Notes under the pieces: model-generated
The model's input: only the letters and a program-made list of their open reading frames with translations
Told to the model about the DNA's origin: nothing
Database searches by the model: none
Assembly (NCBI GenBank): GCA_029953675.1
Contig: JAMWBK010000006.1
Coordinates: forward strand, 2,232,001 to 2,296,000
DNA length: 64,000 nt
From: Rhodosorus marinus CCMP1338
Taxonomy: Eukaryota; Plantae; Rhodophyta
Direction of reading: 5' to 3'
Shown: one piece after another, positions 38,146-50,120 of the stretch
Position numbering within the stretch: position 1 is the stretch's first letter
Layout of the letters: each line of letters begins with the position of its first letter
Made by a program: the position numbers and the translations under genes

Positions 38146-39336
38146 GTTGCAATTTGATGTATAGCGGCGGTCGTCATCGATCTTCTCCAGAGGAGTAGCA
38201 GCACCTCCTAGAACTCGCGCGTGCAGTGTTGAGAACTCGCGAATCTCATATCACGGATATACAGCTTTAGAAGAGTATGTAGTCAGCAGGACGATGTTGT
38301 TCAATCTAGGCCGCCCACCAGAGCTACGTGGATGTCTGTCTTTATTTTCACAGAGGCAGAATGATTGTTCTCGGCGATATTGATAGGCACTTAACAATGT
38401 TGATTGGATAAGTTCCGGTGTCTTCCAGGTGAAGTTATCGGGGCAGAGGCTCATCGATTTCGCTAGGCATGTGAGCACAGAGATGATACATATTTTGACT
38501 CCAGTTCGTATTTTTTGTCTTGTTTGACACGGGCACCTCGTTTCGCAAACGCACGTTGGGTGAACCAGCCGGTTCTAGCTAGCCGGCATGTGGATAGGGT
38601 TTAACGGCCTTTCTTTTATTTGGCTTCGTGCTGATTAAAATCCGTATGATCCATGACCTCCAAGCATTCCGAAAAAGCATTCCATCAACGGACTTGCAGG
38701 ATGCATGAGTTGATTGCGGCTGTTTCAATTTGAGAAACAGACGAGGTTTCAACCAGGACGAATCTCAGAAAGGGTTGAGAACGGCGAGAGGTCGAGACTA
38801 ATGGGGAAGCTACCACTGGCGCTTCCGAGGAAATGGTGAGGATTTATTGTGCCCATCCATTTGTCCCAGAAGTTGGGTACATCTCTGCCTTTGAATTTGT
38901 TCATTTAACAACCCACTTTCGGCTGTGAAGCGGCCCTGAAACCGAATATATTGGGCCAAACGGTGATCCGCCGGGACCAAAGTGTCCAATAAAGACCTTG
39001 CCCGCTGAACAGAATCTCAGTTCTCGCGTATACATGACAACCATGCACAGTTTCCAATCGTTAGAACCTGCCGTGCGTTTTCCTCTGCCCAGATTGCGAA
39101 CCGCCATCGCTCTCGTTCAGACGAAACGTTCCTTGACTATGTCGGTTGTACGTGTCGTCTATAACTATTTTAAGTGCAATATTCTACAGGCTCGTATCAG
39201 ATCTTGAGACATCACCATTCCAGGACAAGGGATGTGCTGTAGCCCACTGCTAAACCCGATTACGGCCAATGCCTCAATAGGTATGAAATTTGTATTCGAG
39301 CAGGGGTGGTTACTCTGGAGCGGATAGTGACGTGAA

Positions 39337-40351
39337 CTATTCCTGCTCCATGGGAGTATCCCAATACAAGTAGTCTCGCCAGCTCTCATGGAGGTACTTC
39401 GGAGGAAATTTTCGCGATTCAAACTGGAGCTCGTGCATGGTTGGTACGGTCGGCGTTTTCAGGAGTGCCATGTCAGGAATATTTTTGATCATCCTAGAGC
39501 CTTTTCTGCCGTTGCACTTAATACATGCAGAAACGATATTTGACCAGTTGCACTTGCCACCGTCTTTCCTACAGACACAAGCAAACAGATAAGATCAGCA
39601 TGCTGTCGTCAACTAAATAACCGGTTGTGAAGAGCGCACTTGGGAACCACGTGATCAAATGTCAGGTCGGTAGCCTTTTGCCGTTTGCCGCAGTATTGAC
39701 AGCGGAAGTTGTCGCGCAGAAAGACGTTGAATCGTGTGAATGCTGGTATGCTCTTCAACGAGTGCTTGTGATACGATCGCAAGCAGACCACACTTGGGAT
39801 TTCCATTGTGACGGACGGTGATCGAACCTCGTTGTTGTAGGTGGCGACAATGCTCACTCTGTCCAAGTAGAAAGCTTTCACAGCCTCCTGCCAGGGCCAA
39901 ACCGACAACGGTAGATAGGACAGGGGCTGGTAGTCTGCATTCAGAACCAAAACTGGGAACGAACCTCGTTTGGTTGAGGGCACGGGTTCACCACCCCTGC
40001 AATCCACACCAGTATCCACGTCCGTCGAATGGGGACCCCCATACTTCTGCCCCCTCTTCGTGGCTCTCCGTGAACTTCTGTGTGAAGAAGTTGAAGATTT
40101 TGCTTTGGCTCTCTTTCCAGGCTTATGCAAGTCAACAGCCCTCGTTCCCCTTCGATCGGATTCTGCCGCCCTTCCAGCAGAACAAGTAGCACTTAGAAAG
40201 CACAAGTCAACTCTCATACCTGTTGAAGACCCTACTCACTCATCTCCGATCTCTCAACCTTGCCTAGAGTTCCCTATACCCTACACATCCGCCTCCCCGC
40301 TCAGTCACTCCATTCATCATCGTACCTCACTATACAACTGCCGCTCAACAT
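39337..40351 (-). CDS. HNH endonuclease (McrA-like, alphaproteobacterial type) with basic N-terminal extension; spliced, 5' exons tentative
   Basis: 'VLVLNADYQPLSYLPLSVWPWQEAVKA', 'PAFTRFNVFLRDNFRCQYCG', 'LTFDHVVPK|KDGGKCNWSNIVSACIKCNGRKG' and C-terminal 'FPPKYLHESWRDYLYWD'. Confidence 0.92.
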
Positions 40352-41885
40352 GAAAACATGAAATACACAACCTGTGCAAATTCGCTCTATTTTTTATTTC
40401 CACAAAACACGGTTTTTCCTTAAGACCGAAATGGCTGAATGTGGAAAAGCATCCTAAGAAAAAGTTGCTTATCTTCATGGGTAGGAAGTAGCCAACTTCT
40501 CTCTTCCATGGTGAACTAATTTCACCTCAGGCCAGGAGAAGAAAGTAAAGAATTAGAATATGCGGATTTATTTTCCATGATACCTTTTTGTAAAGCTCAG
40601 TGGGGGGTACTACGTTTTCCATAAATCAACACAAGTCTTGCGAAATCCTGGTATGGGGGTGAAGAGATTGCTCGGATAATTTTTGTTTCTAGAATCGATG
40701 TTAGAGGGCCTTGTTTCCGTTGTTGTTTTTTTCAAGAAAGGACCGGAATCGTAAAAGCTGGTTTTGATTTAAAGGGGGGTTGTGGTCTTTAGGTCATGCT
40801 GCATGGATATAAATACTTTTGTCCTAGTCCTCTATCAATTTTGAAATTATAAGAGAAAAGGTTTCTTCTCAGTCAAAAATAACCCCTGAAGATTTTGATA
40901 AAATAACCTTCCAATCTAAACAGAATCTCCTAAGGGGCTCTATAATTCTGAAACATATACTTTAACGATTCACCCCTTTTTTACCGCTTTTCATGCTCAA
41001 AGACCCTTAAAAACGCGATTTGTTGTTGTTGTTTTTTCAAAATAAAAATTATCTTTTTCTAATCGAAAACGAGCTCATCTTTAACTCTCTCGAATTTCGA
41101 CGAGCTGAAGAATCTGATTCACCAAGTTTAATTGGACGACAGATGGCATGGGACAAGTTTCTCACCATATATATATTCATGAATATTAATTTTTTCTTTT
41201 CTGGTTTGCTGTTGACTCCCTAAAATAACAGATTTAGTTGATTGTTACTCAACCGAGTATTGACCAAAAAAAACTAGTTTTCAATTTGTTTCTAAGAAAG
41301 ACAATTTGATACTAATAATAGATTCTACCGTATCTCAAGAACGCGTGTAGTTATATTATTGGATTTACCTTAGGAAGTCAATGAATTATTATGTGATTTA
41401 AGTATGCACTTTTTTGCGAAGTGCGTATGGATGAGCTAATGGTTTTGGAAGGGTAGAACATATGGACGAGCAGCGGAAAAAGTCAGTAATGAGGCTACAC
41501 TCAGACAGTGTTCGGAAGAAGAGGGTCCCGGGAACAGCGTCTTTGGTATTCGAATTTTCTTCGCGGCACACAGAGTACCCCAACAAAACCGCTGGCTTCA
41601 TCCATAAAGACCAAGCGTTACCCCTCCTCCTTCACCCAGATGGTGGGCAAGCGTCCATATACAAGAGAGTTGTATTTCACCCGCCGTGTTGCTTTTCCTC
41701 AGGTTTCCCGTAAGGATTTTACTCTTTGCCTTTCCCGATATACACGGCTCGCACCCGGGGTCCTGGGAGCTTCCCCTTGCAAAGTCCACCCCTCCATGCG
41801 CAGTCTGGCGATGTCTCTTGGCGGGAATGTCCAAACCTCCTATGTCGGTCGTGCTTCTTTATTTGTATACTTCTCGGGCGAAATA

Positions 41886-42452
41886 TTACCCCCACACTCC
41901 AGCCGTTCCAACCAACGGGCCCTCCCGACTAAGAGAATCCTGGCACTCTTCGACCTCATCCGGTTGCCCTAGTTGCGAGATTCGGGAGCTCGATTTCCGG
42001 GAGGACCCATGAGTTGGAGAAGGCGGTGCTCTATTGGAGCCCATGAGATGACGGGTAAAACAAAGAATGGGACGCAAAGGCAGTTTTGGGTACGTCCGCC
42101 TCAGCAATCCCGACCTGGTGATACCTGGATTTGAGATCGATTTTTTTTGAGATAACGCGAGCTTCTCCCGGGTCGTCACAGATCGTCTATCTCCGGCAGC
42201 GGTTACAGCAGAGGTCACATCATCAGATTCAGAGCCCAGTTGTCTACGAAGAGCCTCAGTCCTTTCCCCCCCCCCACTTCGGCCTTCTTGCTTCTTGTTC
42301 ACAAACAATGCCGGTGCTCCCGAGGAGCCATCTGACGGCTGTACGTAGAGCATCAGCTCTTCCAGTGGCCTCCTCAGCTCCCTGCGTGGAACCAGAGACA
42401 ACCGGTATGAGCTGAAGAAAACGGGTCGCATTTCCCATGTCAATTTCTGCAC
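41886..42452 (-). CDS. Hypothetical protein fragment
   Basis: A long open frame follows a plausible acceptor (ttcttcag); no family recognised and the start was not resolved. Confidence 0.3.
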   Translation of the reverse strand: MQKLTWEMRPVFFSSYRLSLVPRRELRRPLEELMLYVQPSDGSSGAPALFVNKKQEGRSGGGERTEALRRQLGSESDDVTSAVTAAGDRRSVTTREKLALSQKKSISNPGITRSGLLRRTYPKLPLRPILCFTRHLMGSNRAPPSPTHGSSRKSSSRISQLGQPDEVEECQDSLSREGPLVGTAGVWG

Positions 42453-43009
42453 CTACTGGTTGCCTGGGTGGAAGCCCCCTAAGCTCCTAGCGCCCACAGG
42501 ATCCAACCACTTGTGGTCAGTGTTCTGACTAGCATCTTTGCGCCGAAGCACGACGTCGCCACCGGAAGCCTTCTCGCCTCCGTCGGCTTTGCATCGACGT
42601 CATAGCGACATCTCGCATACTTAAAAAGGGGGAAGGGAGGTCTAGGCGCTAGGCACAAGCACTTCCACAACGTACACCAACCCACCAAAAACCAATCTCC
42701 TCGACGACTAGAATAGTAATTGCCAACAACGAATCTCACTGCTGGCCCTACTGAGAGCCCGAGACTGCGCTTTTCATGGACATCCCTTCAAAGCAATATG
42801 CAGATCCTCGAATGTAGCTCCGGCGACATCATCTGCTTTCACTGCCAGAATCCAGACCAGAAACCTCACTATCAAACCACCAGCAAAACTCAATCCTATC
42901 CAATCTCCAACCAAACAAATGTCACTGCCATGCTACTCAGCGAACGAGACAGGATACCGTCCCTGAAACCCGAAAATCCATCCATTCATTCCTTCGCCCT
43001 CTCTCTCCG

Positions 43010-43730
43010 CTTATTCTTCATCAGATCAGTGCACCCTTCTTCACCCTCAAAAGCATTGCAAACACCCCACTCACCCCCCCTGCAAAAACCACTTCCAATA
43101 TGCACTAAATCCGGAAAACACTTTATTGGATTAAAGTAATTTGTAAACATTTTTTTTGGTTCGATGGCGAAAGCAAAAAGAGGAGGATTGGTTTTACTTC
43201 TATGAGAACGCTTTTGGGGAACAAGGTGAATGTCATCATCCTATCTCTATATCTCTCCACTTCATCTTCATCACACCAGAGCATTCTTCTACATCCCCAA
43301 AAGCATTGCAAATACCACCTCACTCACCAAACTCGAAAAGTCTCTTCCAATGTGCAACAATCCCCGGGGCCGTTTATTGTATTGAAGTAAGAAGTACATT
43401 TCTTAGGCGATTAAGAGCAAAAGAGGAGGATTAGTTTCGGTTTTGTGCGAAGGCTTTTGGGGAACAAGGTGAATGTCATTATCGTCTCTCTCTCTCTCTT
43501 TATCCACTTCAATCTTCATTAGACCAGAATATCCTTTTCACCCCACGCCCCAAAAAGCATTGCAAACACTACCTCACTCATCCAGCAGCTCGAAGCTCAT
43601 CGAATATCCAACAATCCCGGAGCTGTTTATTGTATTGAAGTAGTATTAAGTACATTTTTTTTGGAGATGAAGACAAAAGAGGATTTGCTTCGGTTTCGTG
43701 AAGAAAGCTTTTGAGGAACAAGGTGAAGAG
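43010..43730. repeat. Three diverged ~245-255-nt tandem copies
   Basis: Block 'aaaagcattgcaaa' occurs at 43049, 43299 and 43553; block 'gaacaaggtgaa' at 43219, 43462 and 43716. 'tttattg.att.aagta' and 'aaaagagga' also recur once per unit. Confidence 0.85.
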
Positions 43731-44142
43731 GAAGCTTCTGCTTCCTTTGTGGGGGAAGACGAGGAAGGTGGAATTGGGTATGGACTGCGTTTGGAAGGCT
43801 TGAGAAAGGAAGAGGAAGACTTTTGAAGGTTTGGGTTGAGCGATGATTTGGAGTTTAGAGGTTTCCTTAAGGTGAAGGAAGAGGATGGTTGAAGTGGTAG
43901 GGAAGAGAGACTATGGATTGAAACCTGGGCTTTTCTTCGGGGGTTTGTGAGGAAGGATTTTACAAGTTTGAGAAGACTTGGTATGGAATTTGGAGTTTAG
44001 GTTTTTTCGTGAAAGCGATAGGGTTGAAGAGGTTAGCAGAGAGCTTCGGTTGAGAAGATGGGTGTTTAGATATGGGATTGAGGATGTTGTGAAGTTCTGG
44101 TTCGTTTCAGTTTGTTGTTGTGGGTTTTGGGGTGAGGAGGCC

Positions 44143-47100
44143 ATGGGAGACGTTGGGGTAGAACCGACAGGACCGTGGCTGAACGGGGGTGGAGGGGAGA
44201 GATATGCGTGTTTTGTTGGTGAAGATATTGACTTGAAGGGGATATTGGGAAGCGTGCTCAGCGTTGATGATAGGTTGCGATGGAAAGCGGAAGTTGAGTT
44301 GGAGAAAGCCAAGTCGCAAAGTCCGAAAACGTTTTTGTGTGATCTTGGGAAGGTTTTTGCTGACAAGTCAGCTAATCCGGATACTCGCAGGTTAGCTGGG
44401 ATTATTCTCAAGAACTCCTTAACAGGTTGTGTTGGGGACTTTGTCAATACAACGTGCTTTCAGGGGCTGGTGGAGAACATATTTTCCGTATTGCACAGTG
44501 ATATTCAGCCTGTCAGAAGATGCGCTTCTCAGCTGGCCGCAGAGTTGGCTTCATATGAGATACATAGCGGACTAGCGAGGGATACTTTATCGCTGTTGAT
44601 TTCTAGCGCTGCTTCAGACCAGCTGAGCCCCACACTTGTCGAGGTATGGGAAGATGGAAGCCACCGCTTGTCGAAGGAGTCGGCAATTTGAAACGCTTAC
44701 GGAAAAATCTATCGTTCGATATGGCCAGGCCTGCCTGGAGGCAATTGGATTTATCAGCGAGGAGCTGATATCGAAGCACGGCAAGACTACACCTATACTG
44801 CTGGATCAAACGCTTCCGATTCTTGAGGTAGTCGTTGGCAGGTAAACTACATGCTCGATTTCACAAGCCGTTTTCCCTTGCACGGCCGGACACTGATGAG
44901 AAATTCTCCTGCTTCCCATACGGAATTTGGGAAAACCGGCAAACGTTTGATAGAATACGAAACGCTCCGACATGGGAGGTGCAACTGAAGGCGAGCAATA
45001 CGCTCTTCTTCCTGCTGGATTTTCTCTCCGGACCTCTTGGGAACAGAGAGAGGTTGACGGAGATCATGGAGATTTTGTTCACTTTGGCGGATTCAAGAAA
45101 TATGGAGGTTCGATTGTCGGCTTTCCACTGTCTTGTTTATGTAAGTACTAGGCACTGAACACGGGATGGTCTCGCTTGTTGGAGCGGTATGGCTTGTCCA
45201 AACGCCTGGATAGAGAGCTCATGTGGATGACCGCAAACTGATAAGGATCGAGCGTAGCTAGACGGTTAGAGTGGTTGACCTGAGTTGTAGGTCAGCATAG
45301 TTGGATGAGCTTTCCCAGTCTGATCGCGATGGTGGTTCTTCTCATTGGTACGCTGTTTGCAGCTGGCTGGATCGATTTACACAGAGCTGTCTCCGTTTAT
45401 TGAGAGGATTTTTGCGAAAGCAGAGCGTGCGATTTTATATGACGAGGAACCGCCTGCCCTACAGGCGCTAGAATTCTGGAGCACTTTGGCGAGCGTGGAG
45501 ATTGATAACCTGGAGAATGTGAGTGCTTCAGCAAGCGACTTTGGCAACAGAAAAGCTCTTCTTCTGAACCTGCATTCGTTCCGCATGTTCTAGTTGGCTT
45601 CTGAGGAGGGAAGCTACGTGCTAACCCACGGAAAGTTCGAATCCTTGATTGCACCGGTCGCCAAACGGCTGTGCTATGTTTTGTTGAACTGCTTAATGCG
45701 ACAAGAAGAGTATCAGGTACGTTCCCAACCACTGGAAAGTTTCAGAACGCAGTCTCCGGAGCGGTTCTGGTCTAAGGATACTCTTTCTCTCCTTGGTTGC
45801 AGGATGAAGACACATGGAATAAGGCTGCTGCCGCGCGAGTATGTCTTGGCTTACTCTCCCGGGTTGCGCCGAGCACTGTGATTGAATATGTGGCACCGTT
45901 TATATCGGAGAACGTGATGGATGAGAATAGCTGGAGGAGGCGCGAGGCATCCACAATGGCTTTGGGGATTATCGCTGTTGATGCAATGCCAGCCGTGCTT
46001 GAGGATATCGTGAATGAGGTACGTACGGAAACGGTGTAGCGTTTCCGCTGCATGAAGATGGAACAGTTAGCTGAGGCTGAACTTTTCCATTCTTTCGCTA
46101 CATCGTCAATGTCTTTGCCGAAAAGAGTTTGCCGTTTTTACTGATGGGCCTCCTACACGACGAGTGTCTTGCTGTTAGGGAGACAACTGCTCTGACTTTG
46201 TCCAAGATTTGTAAAGTTTCGAAAGCGGCCTGCACATCGTACGAGGGTTTTCTCCATATGTCTTGCTTGCTTTACCAGGGGATGCGTTGGTCTTAAGACT
46301 TTCATGCTTCTGCGCTCTCATTTGCTCAATGTTAAGGTACTTCTCTGAGCTAGCTCAAAATCTATCCACTGCCTTGCGTGATGATGAGTCTGTAGCAAAG
46401 CACGCCTGCAGAGGGTTGTACAATCTAGCGGACTTTTACAGATTTGCGGACGGGGTGACAGAATCTGAGCTTGCATCTCTCGCTCAGGTGTTCAAACCAC
46501 TCATGATGGAGCTGTTTAGTTTGGCCGATCGCTCGTCCGTGGAACGAGAAGGTTTGAAGGGACTTGCTTTTCGCTCGATTGGAAACTATGTTGATTGTGC
46601 TCCAGAGAGTTGTCTGCCGATCGTCAGCGAAGTTGCCACTGCGCTCCTGGAGCGACTGCTTGTGTTGAGGAAGGACCGCCCGCTCTCGCCGAACGAGAGG
46701 GCAGGTATTATCTACGCTCAAGGCATATTGATGGTATCACTCACTCGATATTTGAGCAGGGTGAATCCGGGCAACACGGGGCTGGTATTCAAAGCCAAGG
46801 ATCGAGCCCTGGAATTTATCATTCATAACTCCGATGATACGTTGACCGAAAAAGCTTTGAAATTGTTGGCGGTAATCGAGAAGAACCTCAAAGCTGATGC
46901 GAACGGTATCAGTGAACAAATCGCTCCAACTGTGCTCGCACTTATCAACACCGGCAGAAATGGTTCGGTACGGGTTCGCTTCATGAGGGCCTTGGCAGGG
47001 GACTAATCTACCACCGCTATTGGTTGTTCACAGAGCTCACCCTGGTCAACTTCCGCTCTTTCGCATTCTCCGATTTTCCAGATTGCGGCAGGAACAATGT

Positions 47101-47909
47101 GTGCCGCCGTTGACGCTATTATCGAACTTGTGCGCTCTGCGGGGAACGGCTTCGAGGCCTACCTACCGACTACCGTTCAGACAATACAGGAGCTTCTGTC
47201 CCATCCAGAAGCAGTCTGGTAAGTCGGGTAGCAGCTTTGTGTGTTCGGAAATTGCTTGGTCACATTGGCGTTGACGCCTATGCAAACGCAAAGTTGAATT
47301 CACACGCTATGTCTTCCCCTTAACTAGGAGGTTTGGGCCTTGTCTGTTGACTTCGTTGGGTGAACTATCGCTTGCCCTGGGTGATGGGTTTCAGCCTTAC
47401 GTTGACTCGTCCTTAGTGGTCATGCAAGAAGCGGCCAAGATATCATTAAGCGGGGAAGGTGTTGACCAGAGCCTCGTATCAGAGGAACAAGTTTTGGAGG
47501 TAGGCTAGAAGTCAGAAATAGACTCGACCAAGCGCAGCGAAAGATATTGAAGAAGCGATTCCCATCATACCAGATTCGTCGAAGCATACTGCACTCGACT
47601 TCTTGTATTCTGCGGAGCTCTGCGGGCAACGGTCAGCGAACCTTAGCGGTTCAAAAGTTGAGCTGGGTGCTTGCGATTTGCGAGAACGTTAGCGCGGACG
47701 ATTCTGCGCGAAAACTTAACCCATACCTCGCTGACACTCTGGTTGGATTGGCGATCACTGTGGTGGTGGAAATGATGTCCGTTGAAGCGAAGGGCCAAGT
47801 GCAGGAGTGGATTAAGAAATTGCTCGAAAAGGGAGTTTCGAGCACCAACCCTGAGATCAAGTCATTGGCTGGGAAGGCGGCTGTTGAAATTGGTTTTCAT
47901 GCAAGTTGA
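44143..47909 (+). CDS. Importin subunit beta-1 (karyopherin beta, Kap95)-like, multi-exon and divergent
   Basis: N-terminal 'LKGILGSVLS...KAEVELEKAK...RRLAGIILKNSL', 'ALQALEFWSTLA..EID', 'QDEDTWNKAAAARVCLGLL' and 'WRRREASTMALG' are importin-beta HEAT motifs. Confidence 0.88.
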
Positions 47910-48361
47910 AAATGCTTGAAGAATTGTGCATATGTCGTTAACTGCTTTCGCACTGGTGGAGTGCATGCTGCAGAAACGCGATTACGAAGGCTTCCTTGTA
48001 GGAACGTCGAGATATGAACTAGAGGGGAAATATTTATGTTAAAGCTATGAGTAGGAAACTTAAAGAACTGTGAAGGAGCGAGTTACACGCTAGGTAACAG
48101 CACTAGTTTTCCTAGCCACCAAGAAACACCAAGAATCTTGCTGTAAATGGACTAGCCTGCTTCCAAGAGGGCGCGACCGCGAAGGTTGTCGTCGCTCTCC
48201 GAGCCACAACTGAGCCGATTCTTAAGCTGGGAGTAGTGGCCCAATAGTTCCTGAAAAGCGAGCTCGAAGAACGCGAGCGAGTCCTGCTCATTTTCCTGTG
48301 GAGAGCCTACGGGTCGCAATCGGCCCCATCCAGGTGGTGATCAACACATCCTCCAAAAGAC

Positions 48362-48570
48362 GAAAACAACAGGTGCATTCCTAGTACAGTTTGATTCGTA
48401 CTACCACACACTAAGAAACGCGGACATCATCCAAATTCCACGAAAAAAGAATCGCTTGCGCACTCTGAAACAACAAGTGCATTCCTAGTACAGTTTGATT
48501 CGTACTATCACACACTCAGAAACGCGGGCATCAGCCAAATTCCGCAAAAAAAGAATCGCTTGCGTACTCT
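48362..48570. repeat. Tandem duplication (2 x ~104 nt) containing the last 10 nt of tRNA-His, its terminator and downstream flank
   Basis: Copies 48362-48466 and 48467-48570 are near-identical (gaaa(a)caacaRgtgcattcctagtacagtttgattcgtacta...aagaatcgcttgcgYactct). Confidence 0.92.
48546..48552 (-). terminator. RNA polymerase III terminator (T7 run) of tRNA-His
   Basis: TTTTTTT on the minus strand, 8 nt after the tRNA discriminator base. Confidence 0.75.
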
Positions 48571-48632
48571 CAGAATCGAACTGAGGTTTTCACGGCCACA
48601 ACGTGAGGTCCTAACCACTAGACGAAGTACGC
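48561..48632 (-). tRNA. tRNA-His (GUG), intronless
   Basis: GCGTACT/AGTACGC acceptor stem, D-loop TAGTGGTTAGGAC, anticodon arm TCACG-TTGTGGC-CGTGA, T-arm CTCAG-TTCGATT-CTGAG, discriminator A; 72 nt. Confidence 0.97.
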
Positions 48633-49255
48633 CGAAATTGGAGGGCAAGTTTTTGCATTTATGTAGACAATTTTCAATTTTCAGTACTTCGATGAACTGA
48701 TGAAGGTACTAAATATAGAAGGTTGGGTTCCTTTCATTGCAGCGAGCTCGTTTTTAGCCTGAAATGTGTGATTGAAAGCAACTGTTATTGAGAGTTTCAC
48801 AATTCTGGTTTAGCGTTGGTACTCTTGAAAGTGCTGTTCGCTAGGGCATTCCCTTGCTTTGATACTAGGATCTTATAGTTTAGAATTGTCAATGATCTTG
48901 ACATGTTGCGTTGATCTTGTTGAGATGGTTTCTGATTGTTTGTGAAAATATGCGAAGAACCCGGGGCAAGGAGATGAGAAGAAGCATAAATTCTTGCTGC
49001 CATGAGAGCGGCCCACCACACAGTTCTAATCGTGCCGTTCGTTTTCTTTATCCTAGAGAAACTTGTTTCTATTGTGACGTTCTCCCAACTGAAGGACCTC
49101 AAGAAAAAGCAGATTAGGTGAATTGAAAAAGTAGAGGATGGCTCCATAGACGAATGTGGGCGGGACCAATTTCGCCATTGACTGATTGATGTAGCGCACA
49201 AGTGCAGCGAGTTGTGTTGCCAAGTACGTTGCTCGAGCGTACTCGCCTTGGCTAT

Positions 49256-50120
49256 CTAGCTGGAGTCGTAGAGATTATCGAGCAACTTTTTCACGTTGTT
49301 CAACTGTCACGGGAGCAATCACGAGTCAGATGCATGGGCGTGAAAGCTTCCTATGAGGGTCTTGGGAAGATCACCTACATCTTTGTCAGTTGCTGTTTTT
49401 CGATCTTCCCGTTGCTCCCAATCCTCGAGGCTTCGCGTGTTGTGGCCCGTTGGCGGAAAGATAGTTACGCCCTCCGGTACGCACACATGTGAAGCTCCAG
49501 TGAGTTTGCAAATATCATCAATAACTGAAGTCTCAACGAACTATTCATGGGAGCGCAAGCATGAGTTCATTAGCAGGTTGCAAAACGGTCCGTCTACAGG
49601 ACTTCTGCTCCAAAAAGGCAAGCGGCACGATGGTATTCCGGCCGTGCTTACTTCCAAAGAGCCACCCTCCGGAAAGTTCTCGGCCTCTAACATCCCACTA
49701 AATCTAATAGCGTCCTCCTTCCCCTCGAACGTTACTATTACGTCAGTATCGTCACCGAGCTGATACGCGCAAATCACAAGAGAATGAAACTGTGGTTGAG
49801 ACGTTCGCATCCAGTACCAGAAGCCACCCAAGCTGACTTACCGCAATGCTGTAAATACCCTCCGCGTCCCCTTGTTTGTAAATCAACGCGATCACGCGCG
49901 TCAGACCACGCCAGTCACCAACTGCAAATTCTTTATCGTGGCTAGGATTAAATTTCTCGTTAAAACCTTTCATCAAGTCATTTAGTTCACCATCACTTGC
50001 CGCTACTCTAACATCTTTCCGAACATACGCTCGCTGTCTCTTCAACCCGCAGCCCCCGACGAGCTCGGGCGTGACACCCGTGCCAAGCTTCAATCCAAAC
50101 GGAGACACAAATGTATACAT
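49256..50120 (-). CDS. DUF3110-family protein of cyanobacterial type, probably plastid-targeted; spliced
   Basis: 'VIALIYKQGDAEGIYSI', 'DVIVTFEGKEDAIRFSGMLEAENFP' and 'VTIFPP'; the N-terminus 'MYTFVSPFGLKL...VRVAAS' resembles a red-algal transit peptide. Confidence 0.75.

Noticed and set aside
43010-43730. CRISPR-like reading of the periodic conserved blocks
   Set aside because: The period is ~250 nt with only three diverged units, the context is eukaryotic and there are no cas genes.
14892-48632. Functional clustering of queA with tRNA-His(GUG)
   Set aside because: They are ~32 kb and many unrelated genes apart, so there is no evidence that the linkage is meaningful.
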